Positions 19,574 to 27,802 of a DNA stretch of 40,000 bases are shown here, in pieces. The DNA is from an uncultured Clostridiaceae bacterium. GTDB taxonomy: Bacteria > Bacillota > Clostridia > TANB77 > CAG-465. The first letter of the stretch is position 1; each line of letters begins with the position of its first letter. The stretch lies in assembly GCA_964593045.1 (NCBI GenBank), contig CAZQJQ010000006.1, positions 4,255-44,254 of the forward strand, given 5' to 3'. The translations under genes were made by a program, and so were the position numbers. Under the pieces are notes generated by a model. The model saw only the letters and a list, made by a program, of their open reading frames with translations. It made no database searches and was not told where the DNA came from.

Positions 19574-20647
19574 ATGGAAGTTTTTTTAGGAATATTGTTA
19601 GTAGTTATAACGGTATTACTTCTAGTTCTTGGAATTATTTATTTAGCACAAAAGAAAAAATTAAGATATTATGAAACAATATCTCAAAATATATCTGCTA
19701 TGAAAGTAATACAGAGTATGTTTGAAATATTAAGTGCAAATATTAGTTCAAAAAAGAAGTTTGAAGAATTAAACCAGATAATAATAGGATCATATTCTCC
19801 TAAGTATTCTACCATCTCTATATTTGATGGAAATTCTTATGAGATAAAAGCTTCAAATGTGGAAAGTACATATTTAGAAGTAATAGGACAGATAGCTGAA
19901 GAAAATGATTTTAGAAACAATACAATAAAAAATATATCAAAATATTTAACAACTACACGTGAGAAGCCACTTTCATATAAGTCTGCTGTAGAAAGAGGAA
20001 TACGTTCATGTATGTTTTCACCAATATTTCATAATGGAATGTATTTAGGTTTTTGGTTATTAGAAGATGATAAAGAAAATGCATTTGACTATATATCAAA
20101 AAGTGAACTTTCAAAATTAAAAAACAATTTAGGAGTATTTGTTGAAAATACAATATATCAAAATATGATAGAAAATGCAGAAAACAAGGATAAACAAACT
20201 GGATTATATAATAATCTATATTTATATTCTAATGTAAGAAATGTGTTGGAAAAGAATGAAGAGAGTTCATTTGTAATGTTTGTACTTGATAATATTCCTG
20301 AAATTAATGAAAAATATGGAAGAAACTTTGGAAACAAATTATTAATAAAGACTCTTAGTGTTATAAAAGAAATGGCAGATAAAGATTCTATACATATAAG
20401 ATATAGTGGTATTAGATTTATAAGTATTTTTACTGGGAAAGATGCTCAGACTATTTATCCAGTAGTAGAAAATATATTAAAAAGTATATTAAACCAAATA
20501 GAATATTTTGATAGTGAGCAAGTAAAAGTTAATGTAAAAGTACTTATACATACATTTAAAAAGCAAAATAATGTAGAAAAAGAAGTTCAAAAAATGGTAA
20601 AATATATGGATTCAATGCAAGATATAAATGTTATAAAAATTATATAG
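19574..20647 (+). CDS. Membrane-anchored GAF-like / degenerate GGDEF domain protein
   Basis: N-terminal TM helix. GAF-like SCMFSPIFHNGMYLGFWLLED. The GGDEF-domain alignment gives DKQTGLYNNLY, FVLDNIPEINEKYGRNFGN and RYSGIRF in place of RYGG(D/E)EF. Confidence 0.6.
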   Translation: MEVFLGILLVVITVLLLVLGIIYLAQKKKLRYYETISQNISAMKVIQSMFEILSANISSKKKFEELNQIIIGSYSPKYSTISIFDGNSYEIKASNVESTYLEVIGQIAEENDFRNNTIKNISKYLTTTREKPLSYKSAVERGIRSCMFSPIFHNGMYLGFWLLEDDKENAFDYISKSELSKLKNNLGVFVENTIYQNMIENAENKDKQTGLYNNLYLYSNVRNVLEKNEESSFVMFVLDNIPEINEKYGRNFGNKLLIKTLSVIKEMADKDSIHIRYSGIRFISIFTGKDAQTIYPVVENILKSILNQIEYFDSEQVKVNVKVLIHTFKKQNNVEKEVQKMVKYMDSMQDINVIKII

Positions 20648-20661
20648 AAAGAAGGGATATT

Positions 20662-20907
20662 ATGGATCAACATACAACAGTTTTTAGTCCACAAAAGGAT
20701 GAATCAAAAAGAGTAAAAGAGATTATGGATCAAGTAGTTAGTGCTTTAAAAGATAAAGGGTATGAACCAGTAAGTCAAATTATAGGATATATTTTATCAG
20801 GGGATCCTACATATATAACATCTCATCAAAATGCAAGAGCACTTATATGTAAAATTGAAAGAGATGATTTATTAGAAGAAATGATAAAAAAATATTTAGA
20901 TGTATAA
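20662..20907 (+). CDS. ireB: IreB-family regulatory phosphoprotein (UPF0297/DUF965)
   Basis: 81 aa. VSALKDKGYEPVSQIIGYILSGDPTYITSHQNAR is highly family-typical. Conserved position upstream of ruvX. Confidence 0.85.
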   Translation: MDQHTTVFSPQKDESKRVKEIMDQVVSALKDKGYEPVSQIIGYILSGDPTYITSHQNARALICKIERDDLLEEMIKKYLDV

Positions 20908-20918
20908 TAGGAAATAAT

Positions 20919-21344
20919 ATGGGAAGAATATTAGCAATTGATTATGGAGATGTAAGAGTTGGTTTGGCTGTATCTGATGAATTAGGGATAACGGCTCAGT
21001 CACTTGATACTCTTGTTATAAACAAAAGTGACAAAGCTTTTTTAAAAGCAATAAAAGAAATACAAAAAGAATATAATATATCTAAGATTGTAATTGGATA
21101 TCCTAAGAATATGGATGGAACAAAATCTTTAAAAACAGATAAGATTGATACCCTTATACCCTTAATACAAGATAATAACAATATAGAAGTAATTAGATGG
21201 GATGAAAGACTTACTACGGTTTCTGCGTATAGAACAATGAGGGAATTAAACATATCTCAAAAAAATAAAAATAAAGTTGCAGATAGACTTGCTGCTACAT
21301 ATATATTAGAAGGATATTTAAATATGATAAGAAATCAAAAATAG
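20919..21344 (+). CDS. ruvX: Putative pre-16S rRNA nuclease / Holliday junction resolvase-like YqgF
   Basis: ILAIDYGDVRVGLAVSD N-terminus, ERLTT motif, 141 aa. Confidence 0.9.
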   Translation: MGRILAIDYGDVRVGLAVSDELGITAQSLDTLVINKSDKAFLKAIKEIQKEYNISKIVIGYPKNMDGTKSLKTDKIDTLIPLIQDNNNIEVIRWDERLTTVSAYRTMRELNISQKNKNKVADRLAATYILEGYLNMIRNQK

Positions 21345-21395
21345 TATATACAAATTAAAATAAATATTGTATAATTAAAACAAGGAGGAAATAAT

Positions 21396-21776
21396 ATGAA
21401 AGAAGAAAAAATAGGTGGATGTAATCCATCAGGATGTGCAGGATGCTCAGGATGCTCATCATATGAAGAAGAATTGGATTTTGATCCAACTATAACATTA
21501 ACTGATGAAAAAGGTGTTGATGTTAAATTTGAAATATTAGATGTTGTTGTATTAGAAGATGAAAGACAATTTTTAGTTGTTTCTGAAGTAGAACAAGAAG
21601 AAAACGAAGAAGGCATAGAAGTTTTAATTTTAGAAATAAAAGAAGAAGATGGTGAAGAAGTTTATGATACAGTAATAGATAAAGAACTTGCAGAGAAAGT
21701 TTTTGCATTATTTCAAAAACAACAAGAAAATATACAAAAAAGTATACAAGATCTTGAAGAAGATGTGGAAAAATAA
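21396..21776 (+). CDS. DUF1292 (UPF0473) family protein with a Cys-rich N-terminal extension
   Basis: ITLTDEKGVDVKFEILDVVVLEDERQFLVV core. N-terminal GGCNPSGCAGCSGCS. Usual ireB-ruvX-DUF1292 synteny. Confidence 0.75.
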   Translation: MKEEKIGGCNPSGCAGCSGCSSYEEELDFDPTITLTDEKGVDVKFEILDVVVLEDERQFLVVSEVEQEENEEGIEVLILEIKEEDGEEVYDTVIDKELAEKVFALFQKQQENIQKSIQDLEEDVEK

Positions 21777-21851
21777 TTGTATATAATCAAAAAATTAAAT
21801 AAGTATATAATGTTTTAAATTTAAATAATTAAGTATGAATCAATAATAAAA

Positions 21852-21885
21852 AAGTAAAAGAATTTGTAGTTCTTTTACTTTTTTT
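21852..21885. terminator. Bidirectional terminator between convergent genes
   Basis: AAGTAAAAGAA (21852-21862) pairs with TTCTTTTACTT (21870-21880), with an A-run before and a T-run after. Confidence 0.7.
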
Positions 21886-21887
21886 AA

Positions 21888-22382
21888 TTAGTTTTCAACA
21901 TTTTCAACATATGTATTTGCAGGAGCAGTAACTTTTGTAATACTTCCAACTTTAAGAACTGGCATATCGCCATTATAGTTTCCTTTTAATATAATTCCAG
22001 TTACTTCTATCCATTCGTTATCTGCAAGCTTACTTGCATCAGTACTTTGACATAATATTCCACTGATACTTTCTTCATTGTTAATAATAATATTTCTTCC
22101 CACCACAAAATAATCTTCTTTAAAATCCGGCATTCTAAATACAAATCCGGTGATTTTAACAGTCTTATTTACATTAGCATCAATATTTTCATGAATTGTT
22201 TTAAGAAGACTAGTATAGTTACCATCTTCAAATATATAATCATATTTATCAATACTTTTTGCAACATTTAAAGTTTCATTTTGACTATATCCAAATTCAA
22301 CTGCTATTGCTATTATAGCAGCAAGGATTAAACATACAATAAATATTTTTTTAAAATCGAGCTTAAAATTAACTACAAACAT
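21888..22382 (-). CDS. Membrane-anchored protein homologous to the C-terminal (DUF1980) domain of TIGR03943/YcgQ-type proteins
   Basis: N-terminal TM helix. KTVKITGFVF..DYFVVGRN...NEWIEVTGIILKG aligns with QTIRVRGFAL..GYFAIGKY...DKWYEVEGILEKG of the island protein at 32919-33779. Confidence 0.5.
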   Translation of the reverse strand: MFVVNFKLDFKKIFIVCLILAAIIAIAVEFGYSQNETLNVAKSIDKYDYIFEDGNYTSLLKTIHENIDANVNKTVKITGFVFRMPDFKEDYFVVGRNIIINNEESISGILCQSTDASKLADNEWIEVTGIILKGNYNGDMPVLKVGSITKVTAPANTYVENVEN

Positions 22383-22476
22383 AATCTACACCTCATTTAA
22401 TAAATGTATATTCTTTTTTAATATATATATGATAATAAAATAAAATATTTTTTGAAAATCATATACATATAATTCC

Positions 22477-22505
22477 TTTACATACGGTAAATATCGTGGT
22501 ATAAT
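22477..22505 (+). promoter_or_regulatory. Candidate sigma-A promoter of secA
   Basis: TTTACA (22477-22482), 17-nt spacer, TGgTATAAT extended -10 (TATAAT 22500-22505). Confidence 0.5.
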
Positions 22506-22573
22506 ACCTATTGTACATTTTAATAACAATGTACTCTGTTTATAGCAGTATATATAGAGAGGATGTAAATTAT

Positions 22574-25366
22574 ATGGGAGTAGTTCAAAAAATATTTGGA
22601 ACATATAGCCAAAGAGAGATAAAAAAGATAATGCCACTTGTTCAAAAAATAGTAGCATTAGATACAGATATGCAAAAACTTTCTGATGAAGAAATAAAAG
22701 AGAAGGTTATAACATTAAAAGAAAGATTAAAAAATGGTGAAACCTTAGATGATATATTAGTTGAAACGTATGCTTTAGTAAGAGAAGCAAGTAGTAGAAT
22801 TCTAGGAATGAAACATTTTGAAGTTCAATTAATAGGTGGAATAATACTTCATCAAGGAAGAATTGCAGAGATGAAAACAGGTGAAGGTAAAACATTAGTT
22901 GCAACATTACCAGTTGTACTTAATGCACTTACAGGACAAGGAGTACATGTTGTAACAGTAAATGATTATCTAGCTAAAAGAGATAGTATATGGATGGGTA
23001 AATTATACAAGTTTTTAGGTCTTACAGTAGGACTAGTAATACCTAATATGAATCCTGCAGACAAAAGAAAATCATATGCATGTGATATAACATATGGAAC
23101 AAATAATGAATTTGGATTTGATTATCTAAGAGATAATATGAGTATGGCAAAAGAGTTAATGGTGCAAAGAGGACTAAATTATGCTATAGTAGATGAAATA
23201 GATAGCATACTAATAGATGAAGCAAGAACACCTTTAATTATATCAGGAATGGTAAATAAAAAAAGTGATATATATGAAAAAGCAGATAAATTAGCAAGAA
23301 CATTAAAACCTAGAATAATTGTAGAAAATAATGACAAAGAATTTGATGAAACAGATGAAGAATATGATTATATAGTTGATTTAAAAGCACATAGTGTTGC
23401 TCTAACAGAAAAAGGAACTAAAAAAGCAGAGAAATATTTTGGAATTTCAGATTTGAGTGATGTTGAAAATCTTACAGTATCTCATCATGTAAATCAAGCA
23501 ATACGTGCATACGGATTAATGAACAAAGATAAAGATTATATAGTAAAAGATGGTGAAGTTATAATTGTAGATGAATTTACTGGTAGACTTATGAGTGGAA
23601 GAAGATATAGCGATGGGCTTCATCAAGCAATAGAAGCAAAAGAAGGTGTAAAAATAGCTTCAGAGAGTCAAACTCTTGCTACAATAACATTTCAAAATTA
23701 TTTTAGATTATATAATAAACTGTCAGGTATGACAGGTACAGCAAAAACGGAAGATACTGAGTTTAAAGGAATATATAAACTTGATGTTATAGAAATACCA
23801 ACAAACAAAGATGTAAAAAGAATAGATTTAAATGATATATTATATAAAACAAAGAATGGAAAATATAACGCAATTGTAAATGAAGTAGAAGAGAGCTATA
23901 AAAAAGGGCAACCGGTGTTAGTTGGTACAATTTCAATTGATGTATCAGAATATTTAAGTTCATTATTAAAGAAAAAAGGTATTCCACACCAAGTACTAAA
24001 TGCTAAATATCATGAAAAAGAAGCCGAAATAATATCACAAGCAGGTAAATTTAAAAGTGTAACTATAGCAACAAATATGGCAGGACGTGGTACTGATATA
24101 ATGCTTGGTGGTAATTTAGAACATATAGTTAAAAAGGAGCTTGAAAAATTAGGGTATACAAGAGATATAATTGAAATGGCTATTACTCCAATAAACTATG
24201 ATATTGAAGAAGTAAAAAAAGCAAAAGAAGATTTAAACAAAATAGAAGAAAAATATAAACCACAAATAGAAGAGGAAAGACAAAAAGTAAAAGAAGTTGG
24301 TGGACTTAAAATAATAGGTAGCGAAAGACATGAATCACGAAGAATAGATGATCAGTTAAGAGGACGTGCAGGTCGTCAAGGCGATCCTGGTGTTTCTAGA
24401 TTCTATATTTCATTCGAAGATGACTTAATGAAGCTATTTGCTTCAGAAAAAATCAATGCCTTAGCTGATGCAATAGGACTTCCAGAAGATATGCCAATTG
24501 AACAGAAATTACTTACAGGAGCAATAGAAACTGCTCAAAAAAGAGTTGAAGGTAGAAATTATACAATACGTAAAAATGTACTTGAGTATGATGATGTAAT
24601 GAATATGCAAAGAGAAATTATATACAAGCAAAGAAGAGATGTACTAAATGCTGATGACATGAAAGAATATTCATTAAAACTAGCAACCGCTATGCTTAGA
24701 AAACTTGTCGATACATATTTTACAAGTGCAGACAGTATAGAAGATGTAGATTTTGAAGCAGTAGAAGCAGTATTTAAATCTACATACGGAATAGAAAATA
24801 TAATTTCAAAAGATGATATAGATGTATTTGATGATGAAATAATATACAATAAACTACTTGAAAAAATTGAAGGTTCATACAATGAAAGACATGAAATAGC
24901 GAAAGAGAAAAATACAGAGTCAATGTTAAATGCACTAGAAAAAAGACTTGTTCTTAGTGTTGTTGATGAAAAATGGATGGATCATATAGATAATATATCT
25001 AATTTAAAAGATGGGATTAATTTAAGAGCTTATGGACAGACAAACCCTGTTGAAGCATATAAACTAGAAAGTTTTAAAATGTTTCAAGATATGGTAGATA
25101 CAATACAAGAAGATTCTGTAAAAGCAATTTTCTCTATAAAAGAAAAAACTAATATAACTGATAAAAATATTGTAGCCAATGCATTAGATAATATAACAAA
25201 TTATAAAAAAGATGAGATAAATAATTTTGCTGGTAATAATACAAATAATGTTTCAACAAATTCTAATACTTCAAAAGAACCAATAAGAGTTGAAAAAAAA
25301 GTTGGGAGAAATGAACCATGCCCTTGCGGAAGTGGGAAGAAGTACAAGAACTGTTGTGGTAAATAG
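22574..25366 (+). CDS. secA: Preprotein translocase ATPase SecA
   Basis: MGVVQKIFG start after GAGAGGA. MKTGEGKT Walker A, DEID(S)ILIDEARTPLIISG, GRGTDI, C-terminal zinc finger CPCGSGKKYKNCCGK. ATG 22574 preferred to the tracked 22511. Confidence 0.97.
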   Translation: MGVVQKIFGTYSQREIKKIMPLVQKIVALDTDMQKLSDEEIKEKVITLKERLKNGETLDDILVETYALVREASSRILGMKHFEVQLIGGIILHQGRIAEMKTGEGKTLVATLPVVLNALTGQGVHVVTVNDYLAKRDSIWMGKLYKFLGLTVGLVIPNMNPADKRKSYACDITYGTNNEFGFDYLRDNMSMAKELMVQRGLNYAIVDEIDSILIDEARTPLIISGMVNKKSDIYEKADKLARTLKPRIIVENNDKEFDETDEEYDYIVDLKAHSVALTEKGTKKAEKYFGISDLSDVENLTVSHHVNQAIRAYGLMNKDKDYIVKDGEVIIVDEFTGRLMSGRRYSDGLHQAIEAKEGVKIASESQTLATITFQNYFRLYNKLSGMTGTAKTEDTEFKGIYKLDVIEIPTNKDVKRIDLNDILYKTKNGKYNAIVNEVEESYKKGQPVLVGTISIDVSEYLSSLLKKKGIPHQVLNAKYHEKEAEIISQAGKFKSVTIATNMAGRGTDIMLGGNLEHIVKKELEKLGYTRDIIEMAITPINYDIEEVKKAKEDLNKIEEKYKPQIEEERQKVKEVGGLKIIGSERHESRRIDDQLRGRAGRQGDPGVSRFYISFEDDLMKLFASEKINALADAIGLPEDMPIEQKLLTGAIETAQKRVEGRNYTIRKNVLEYDDVMNMQREIIYKQRRDVLNADDMKEYSLKLATAMLRKLVDTYFTSADSIEDVDFEAVEAVFKSTYGIENIISKDDIDVFDDEIIYNKLLEKIEGSYNERHEIAKEKNTESMLNALEKRLVLSVVDEKWMDHIDNISNLKDGINLRAYGQTNPVEAYKLESFKMFQDMVDTIQEDSVKAIFSIKEKTNITDKNIVANALDNITNYKKDEINNFAGNNTNNVSTNSNTSKEPIRVEKKVGRNEPCPCGSGKKYKNCCGK

Positions 25367-25377
25367 CCCATAAAATA

Positions 25378-25412
25378 AGGGTTTGTGAGATTTTGAAAAG
25401 TTCAAAAAAGTG
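25378..25412 (+). repeat. Copy 1 of the island border repeat (att-like), in the secA 3' flank
   Basis: AAGGGTTTGTGAGATTTTGAAAAGTTCAAAAAAGTG aligns with the copies at 28575 and 33780 (shared GTTYG..A..TTTTGAWA...GTTCA/GCAA). Confidence 0.5.
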
Positions 25413-25428
25413 CTGAAAATAGCAAAAT

Positions 25429-25523
25429 GTTTGCAATTTGTTTGCAAACAAAAAAATTTGAAAACAAAATCGTCGAAAAGCCTTGTAAAATAAGGAAATC
25501 TCTATGCAAACATTTTTGCAAAC
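25429..25523. repeat. Phased GTTTGC / GCAAAC hexamer array (candidate arm-type or regulator binding sites)
   Basis: GTTTGC at 25429 and 25440 (11-nt phase; the second forms the perfect palindrome GTTTGCAAAC, 25440-25449). Inverted GCAAAC at 25506 and 25518 (12-nt phase). Confidence 0.45.
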
Positions 25524-25529
25524 AATATA

Positions 25530-25556
25530 AAGTTGGCATTCGTGCCAACTTTTTCA
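25530..25556 (+). terminator. Intrinsic terminator between secA and int
   Basis: AAGTTGGCA (25530-25538), loop TTCG, TGCCAACTT (25543-25551), then TTTTC. Confidence 0.7.
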
Positions 25557-25588
25557 TTTACTCAAATGTAAATGGAGGAGAGATTATT

Positions 25589-26902
25589 ATGGCTGATGTA
25601 ACAGTTCAAAAAAGAGGAGAAGTATATCAATATAAATTTGAAATTGCTTCAATCGATGGAAAAAGAAAATTTAAAAATAAGTCAGGATTCGCAACAAAAA
25701 GCGAAGCAAAACAAGCAGGTATTATTGCATACAATGAGTATTTGAATACTGGACATAGTTTTAAACCTAAAACAATGTCATATTCTGATTATCTAGATTA
25801 CTGGATTGATACTTATTGTAATTTTAATCTTAAATATTCAACTATAATTACATATCTTAATATTATTAAACTTTATTTAAAACCAAGACTTGGTAGATAT
25901 GCACTATGGCAAATTGATTCTCAAATGCTACAAGAATTTATTAATAAGATATATATAGAGAAAAGTTTATCTAAATGGTATTTAAAAAATATAATGAAAG
26001 TAGTTAAAGGTTCATTAAGATATGCATGTTATTCAGTTAATTTTATTAATGAAAATCCAGCTGAAAAAGTACATATTCCTAGATATGAAGTAGTATGTGG
26101 AGATCCAGCACATATATTTACTCAAGAAGAAATTGAAAAGATATTAGATAGATTTAAAGATGTTCCTTATATCTATTATTCGTTTTTAACAGCATATTAC
26201 ACAGGAATGAGAGTATCAGAAGTATATGGATTAACTTGGGATAATATTGATTTTGATAAAAAAACTATAAATATTAATAAGAATATTATTAAAAAAAATA
26301 AATATGGATTACCTAAAAGATATTGCATAACTAAAGGTCATTCAGTAGAAGTATGGAGTTATGGAACTTGTAAGAATCCTCAAAGTCAAAGAACAATTAA
26401 TATAGGAGATACATTAGTTAAAGCATTAAAAGATTATAAGAAACTACAACAAGAAAATAGAGAATACTATGGAGAATCATATTTAAAACATTATGAAAAA
26501 AGAATAATGAATGAATATACAAATAGACCTGAAATTAAAATAGTAGATGCTAAAGCTGAAATAAAAGTAGATCTGCCAGAAGCTAAACTTGTATTTGTAA
26601 GAGCAAATGGAGATTTTAGAGGAACTGAATCACCTAGACATGCATTTAAAGTTATTAATTATGAATTAGGAATACCTTGTAGATTCCATGACTTTAGAGA
26701 TACACATGCAACTAGATTAATAGAACAAGGTGCTGATATAAAAGCAGTATCTAAAAGACTAGGACATTCAACAATAATGACTACTTATAATATTTATGTA
26801 AGAGTAACAAACAAAATGGAAACTGAAACGGTTAGTAAATTTGAGGATTATGCCAATACTTTAGATATACCACCAGTACAAGATATTGAATATCAAGATT
26901 AG
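25589..26902 (+). CDS. int: Tyrosine recombinase / site-specific integrase with N-terminal arm-type DNA-binding domain
   Basis: GGAGGAG SD at 25574-25580 precedes ATG 25589. VQKRGEVYQYKFEIASIDGKRKFKNKSGFATKSEA N-domain. Catalytic YTGMRVSE (R), FHDFR (HxxR), LGH, Y at +10. Confidence 0.9.
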   Translation: MADVTVQKRGEVYQYKFEIASIDGKRKFKNKSGFATKSEAKQAGIIAYNEYLNTGHSFKPKTMSYSDYLDYWIDTYCNFNLKYSTIITYLNIIKLYLKPRLGRYALWQIDSQMLQEFINKIYIEKSLSKWYLKNIMKVVKGSLRYACYSVNFINENPAEKVHIPRYEVVCGDPAHIFTQEEIEKILDRFKDVPYIYYSFLTAYYTGMRVSEVYGLTWDNIDFDKKTININKNIIKKNKYGLPKRYCITKGHSVEVWSYGTCKNPQSQRTINIGDTLVKALKDYKKLQQENREYYGESYLKHYEKRIMNEYTNRPEIKIVDAKAEIKVDLPEAKLVFVRANGDFRGTESPRHAFKVINYELGIPCRFHDFRDTHATRLIEQGADIKAVSKRLGHSTIMTTYNIYVRVTNKMETETVSKFEDYANTLDIPPVQDIEYQD

Positions 26903-26921
26903 TCATTCCCTAAATAAGGAA

Positions 26922-26949
26922 TTGACAAATTTTTAAAAAGTGATAATAT
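26922..26949 (+). promoter_or_regulatory. Strong sigma-A-type promoter for the leader/regulator transcript
   Basis: TTGACA (26922-26927), 16-nt spacer, extended -10 TGaTAATAT (TG 26941-26942, TAATAT 26944-26949). Confidence 0.6.
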
Positions 26950-26994
26950 ATATAACCAATGAAAGAGGTATTCTCTAGAAATGGAGGTACAGCT

Positions 26995-27060
26995 ATGAAA
27001 AAACAATCGAAATTAATAAATTCTTATATTGAATTATTTAGAGGTGTCGGTAGTATTTAA
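26995..27060 (+). CDS. Candidate 21-aa leader peptide (MKKQSKLINSYIELFRGVGSI)
   Basis: GGAGG at 26983-26987, 7 nt before ATG 26995. The last six codons lie inside the 5' arm of the terminator at 27042-27089. Confidence 0.45.
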   Translation: MKKQSKLINSYIELFRGVGSI

Positions 27061-27089
27061 ACACTTTAATACTATTGACACCTTTTTTT
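27042..27089 (+). terminator. Strong intrinsic terminator / attenuator in the 5' leader of the ArpU-like gene
   Basis: 16-bp stem: AGGTGTCGGTAGTATT (27042-27057) pairs with AATACTATTGACACCT (27068-27083), including two G-U pairs. 10-nt loop, then TTTTTT (27084-27089). Confidence 0.75.
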
Positions 27090-27116
27090 GTAGTATTTAG
27101 AAGTAAGGGTGGTAGA

Positions 27117-27749
27117 ATGATTAAAGTAGAAAATGGTAAGTTACAAGCTGAATTATTGGATAATAGAGGAACATTATCTGATAAAATTATTGAACAATAT
27201 GATTATATTGAATTAAAGAATGACTTCGCTGAAATAGTAGATATTTTATCAACGAATATGTTAGTTCATGCTATGTATGAAGAAGCATTAAAATATGAAA
27301 TAACTGAAGATTTGGAATTTAAAATATTTATTGATCCAAATATAAAAGATTATACTATGTGTTATGATTTAGCAACAGAATATTCATATTTATCAGCTAC
27401 TGATACATCAATAATTACATTAGATAGAAAGACTTATGATAAATCGTTAGAATTATGCATGAATCTCTTAAAAAAGGTCAAAAAATCATATGAAAAATTA
27501 AATGAAGTAGAAAAATTTATTATTAAATCGTTAGAATTCGATAATCCACCTGAAACAGATGAAGAATTAATGGATAGATTAATGACATATAAAAATGGAT
27601 ATTATTTATCAAAGAAAAGCGCATATATTAAAATGGCAATGCAGTTAAATATAAAGAATGTTAAAAAAAGAGAATCAGATGATTATTTAAAAAGAGTATT
27701 GGCAGATAAATATATAGAGGTTGTTTTTAATAATGAAAAGAGAACATAA
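27117..27749 (+). CDS. Hypothetical protein with a C-terminal ArpU / sigma-70 region-4-like HTH (putative element transcription regulator)
   Basis: LNEVEKFIIKSLEFDNPPETDEELMDRLMTYKNGYYLSKKSAYIKMAMQL follows the ArpU-type pattern (L.e.E..II....td.e....YY..KksA..K.A..L). ATG 27117 follows AAGGGTGG. The N-terminal 135 aa have no recognisable motif. Confidence 0.4.
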   Translation: MIKVENGKLQAELLDNRGTLSDKIIEQYDYIELKNDFAEIVDILSTNMLVHAMYEEALKYEITEDLEFKIFIDPNIKDYTMCYDLATEYSYLSATDTSIITLDRKTYDKSLELCMNLLKKVKKSYEKLNEVEKFIIKSLEFDNPPETDEELMDRLMTYKNGYYLSKKSAYIKMAMQLNIKNVKKRESDDYLKRVLADKYIEVVFNNEKRT

Positions 27750-27802
27750 AATATCAATAATATGTTCTTTTTCTATAAATTGAAGTTTTCAGACTTTAAA
27801 TA

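Noticed and set aside
21396-21450. Cys-rich N-terminus (GGCNPSGCAGCSGCS) on the DUF1292 protein as a possible metal or lanthipeptide-like motif
   Set aside because: From memory, similar Cys/Gly-rich prefixes occur on clostridial DUF1292 proteins. No modification enzymes are nearby, so it is probably a lineage-typical feature.
22386-22658. 90-aa minus-strand ORF across the secA promoter and 5' end
   Set aside because: It overlaps the secA promoter, SD and start, has no SD of its own and is low-complexity. It is treated as spurious.
25427-25588. N-terminal extension of the first integrase (MFAICLQTKKF...), and the minus ORF 25263-25451
   Set aside because: The extension translates the GTTTGC/GCAAAC repeat array and runs through a terminator hairpin. 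A GGAGGAG SD sits correctly before ATG 25589, and the paralog starts at the equivalent position.
26959-27060. Longer 34-codon version of the leader ORF starting at ATG 26959
   Set aside because: It is in frame with the 21-codon ORF but has no SD and would start within a few nt of the predicted transcription start. The SD-preceded ATG 26995 is the better-supported start.
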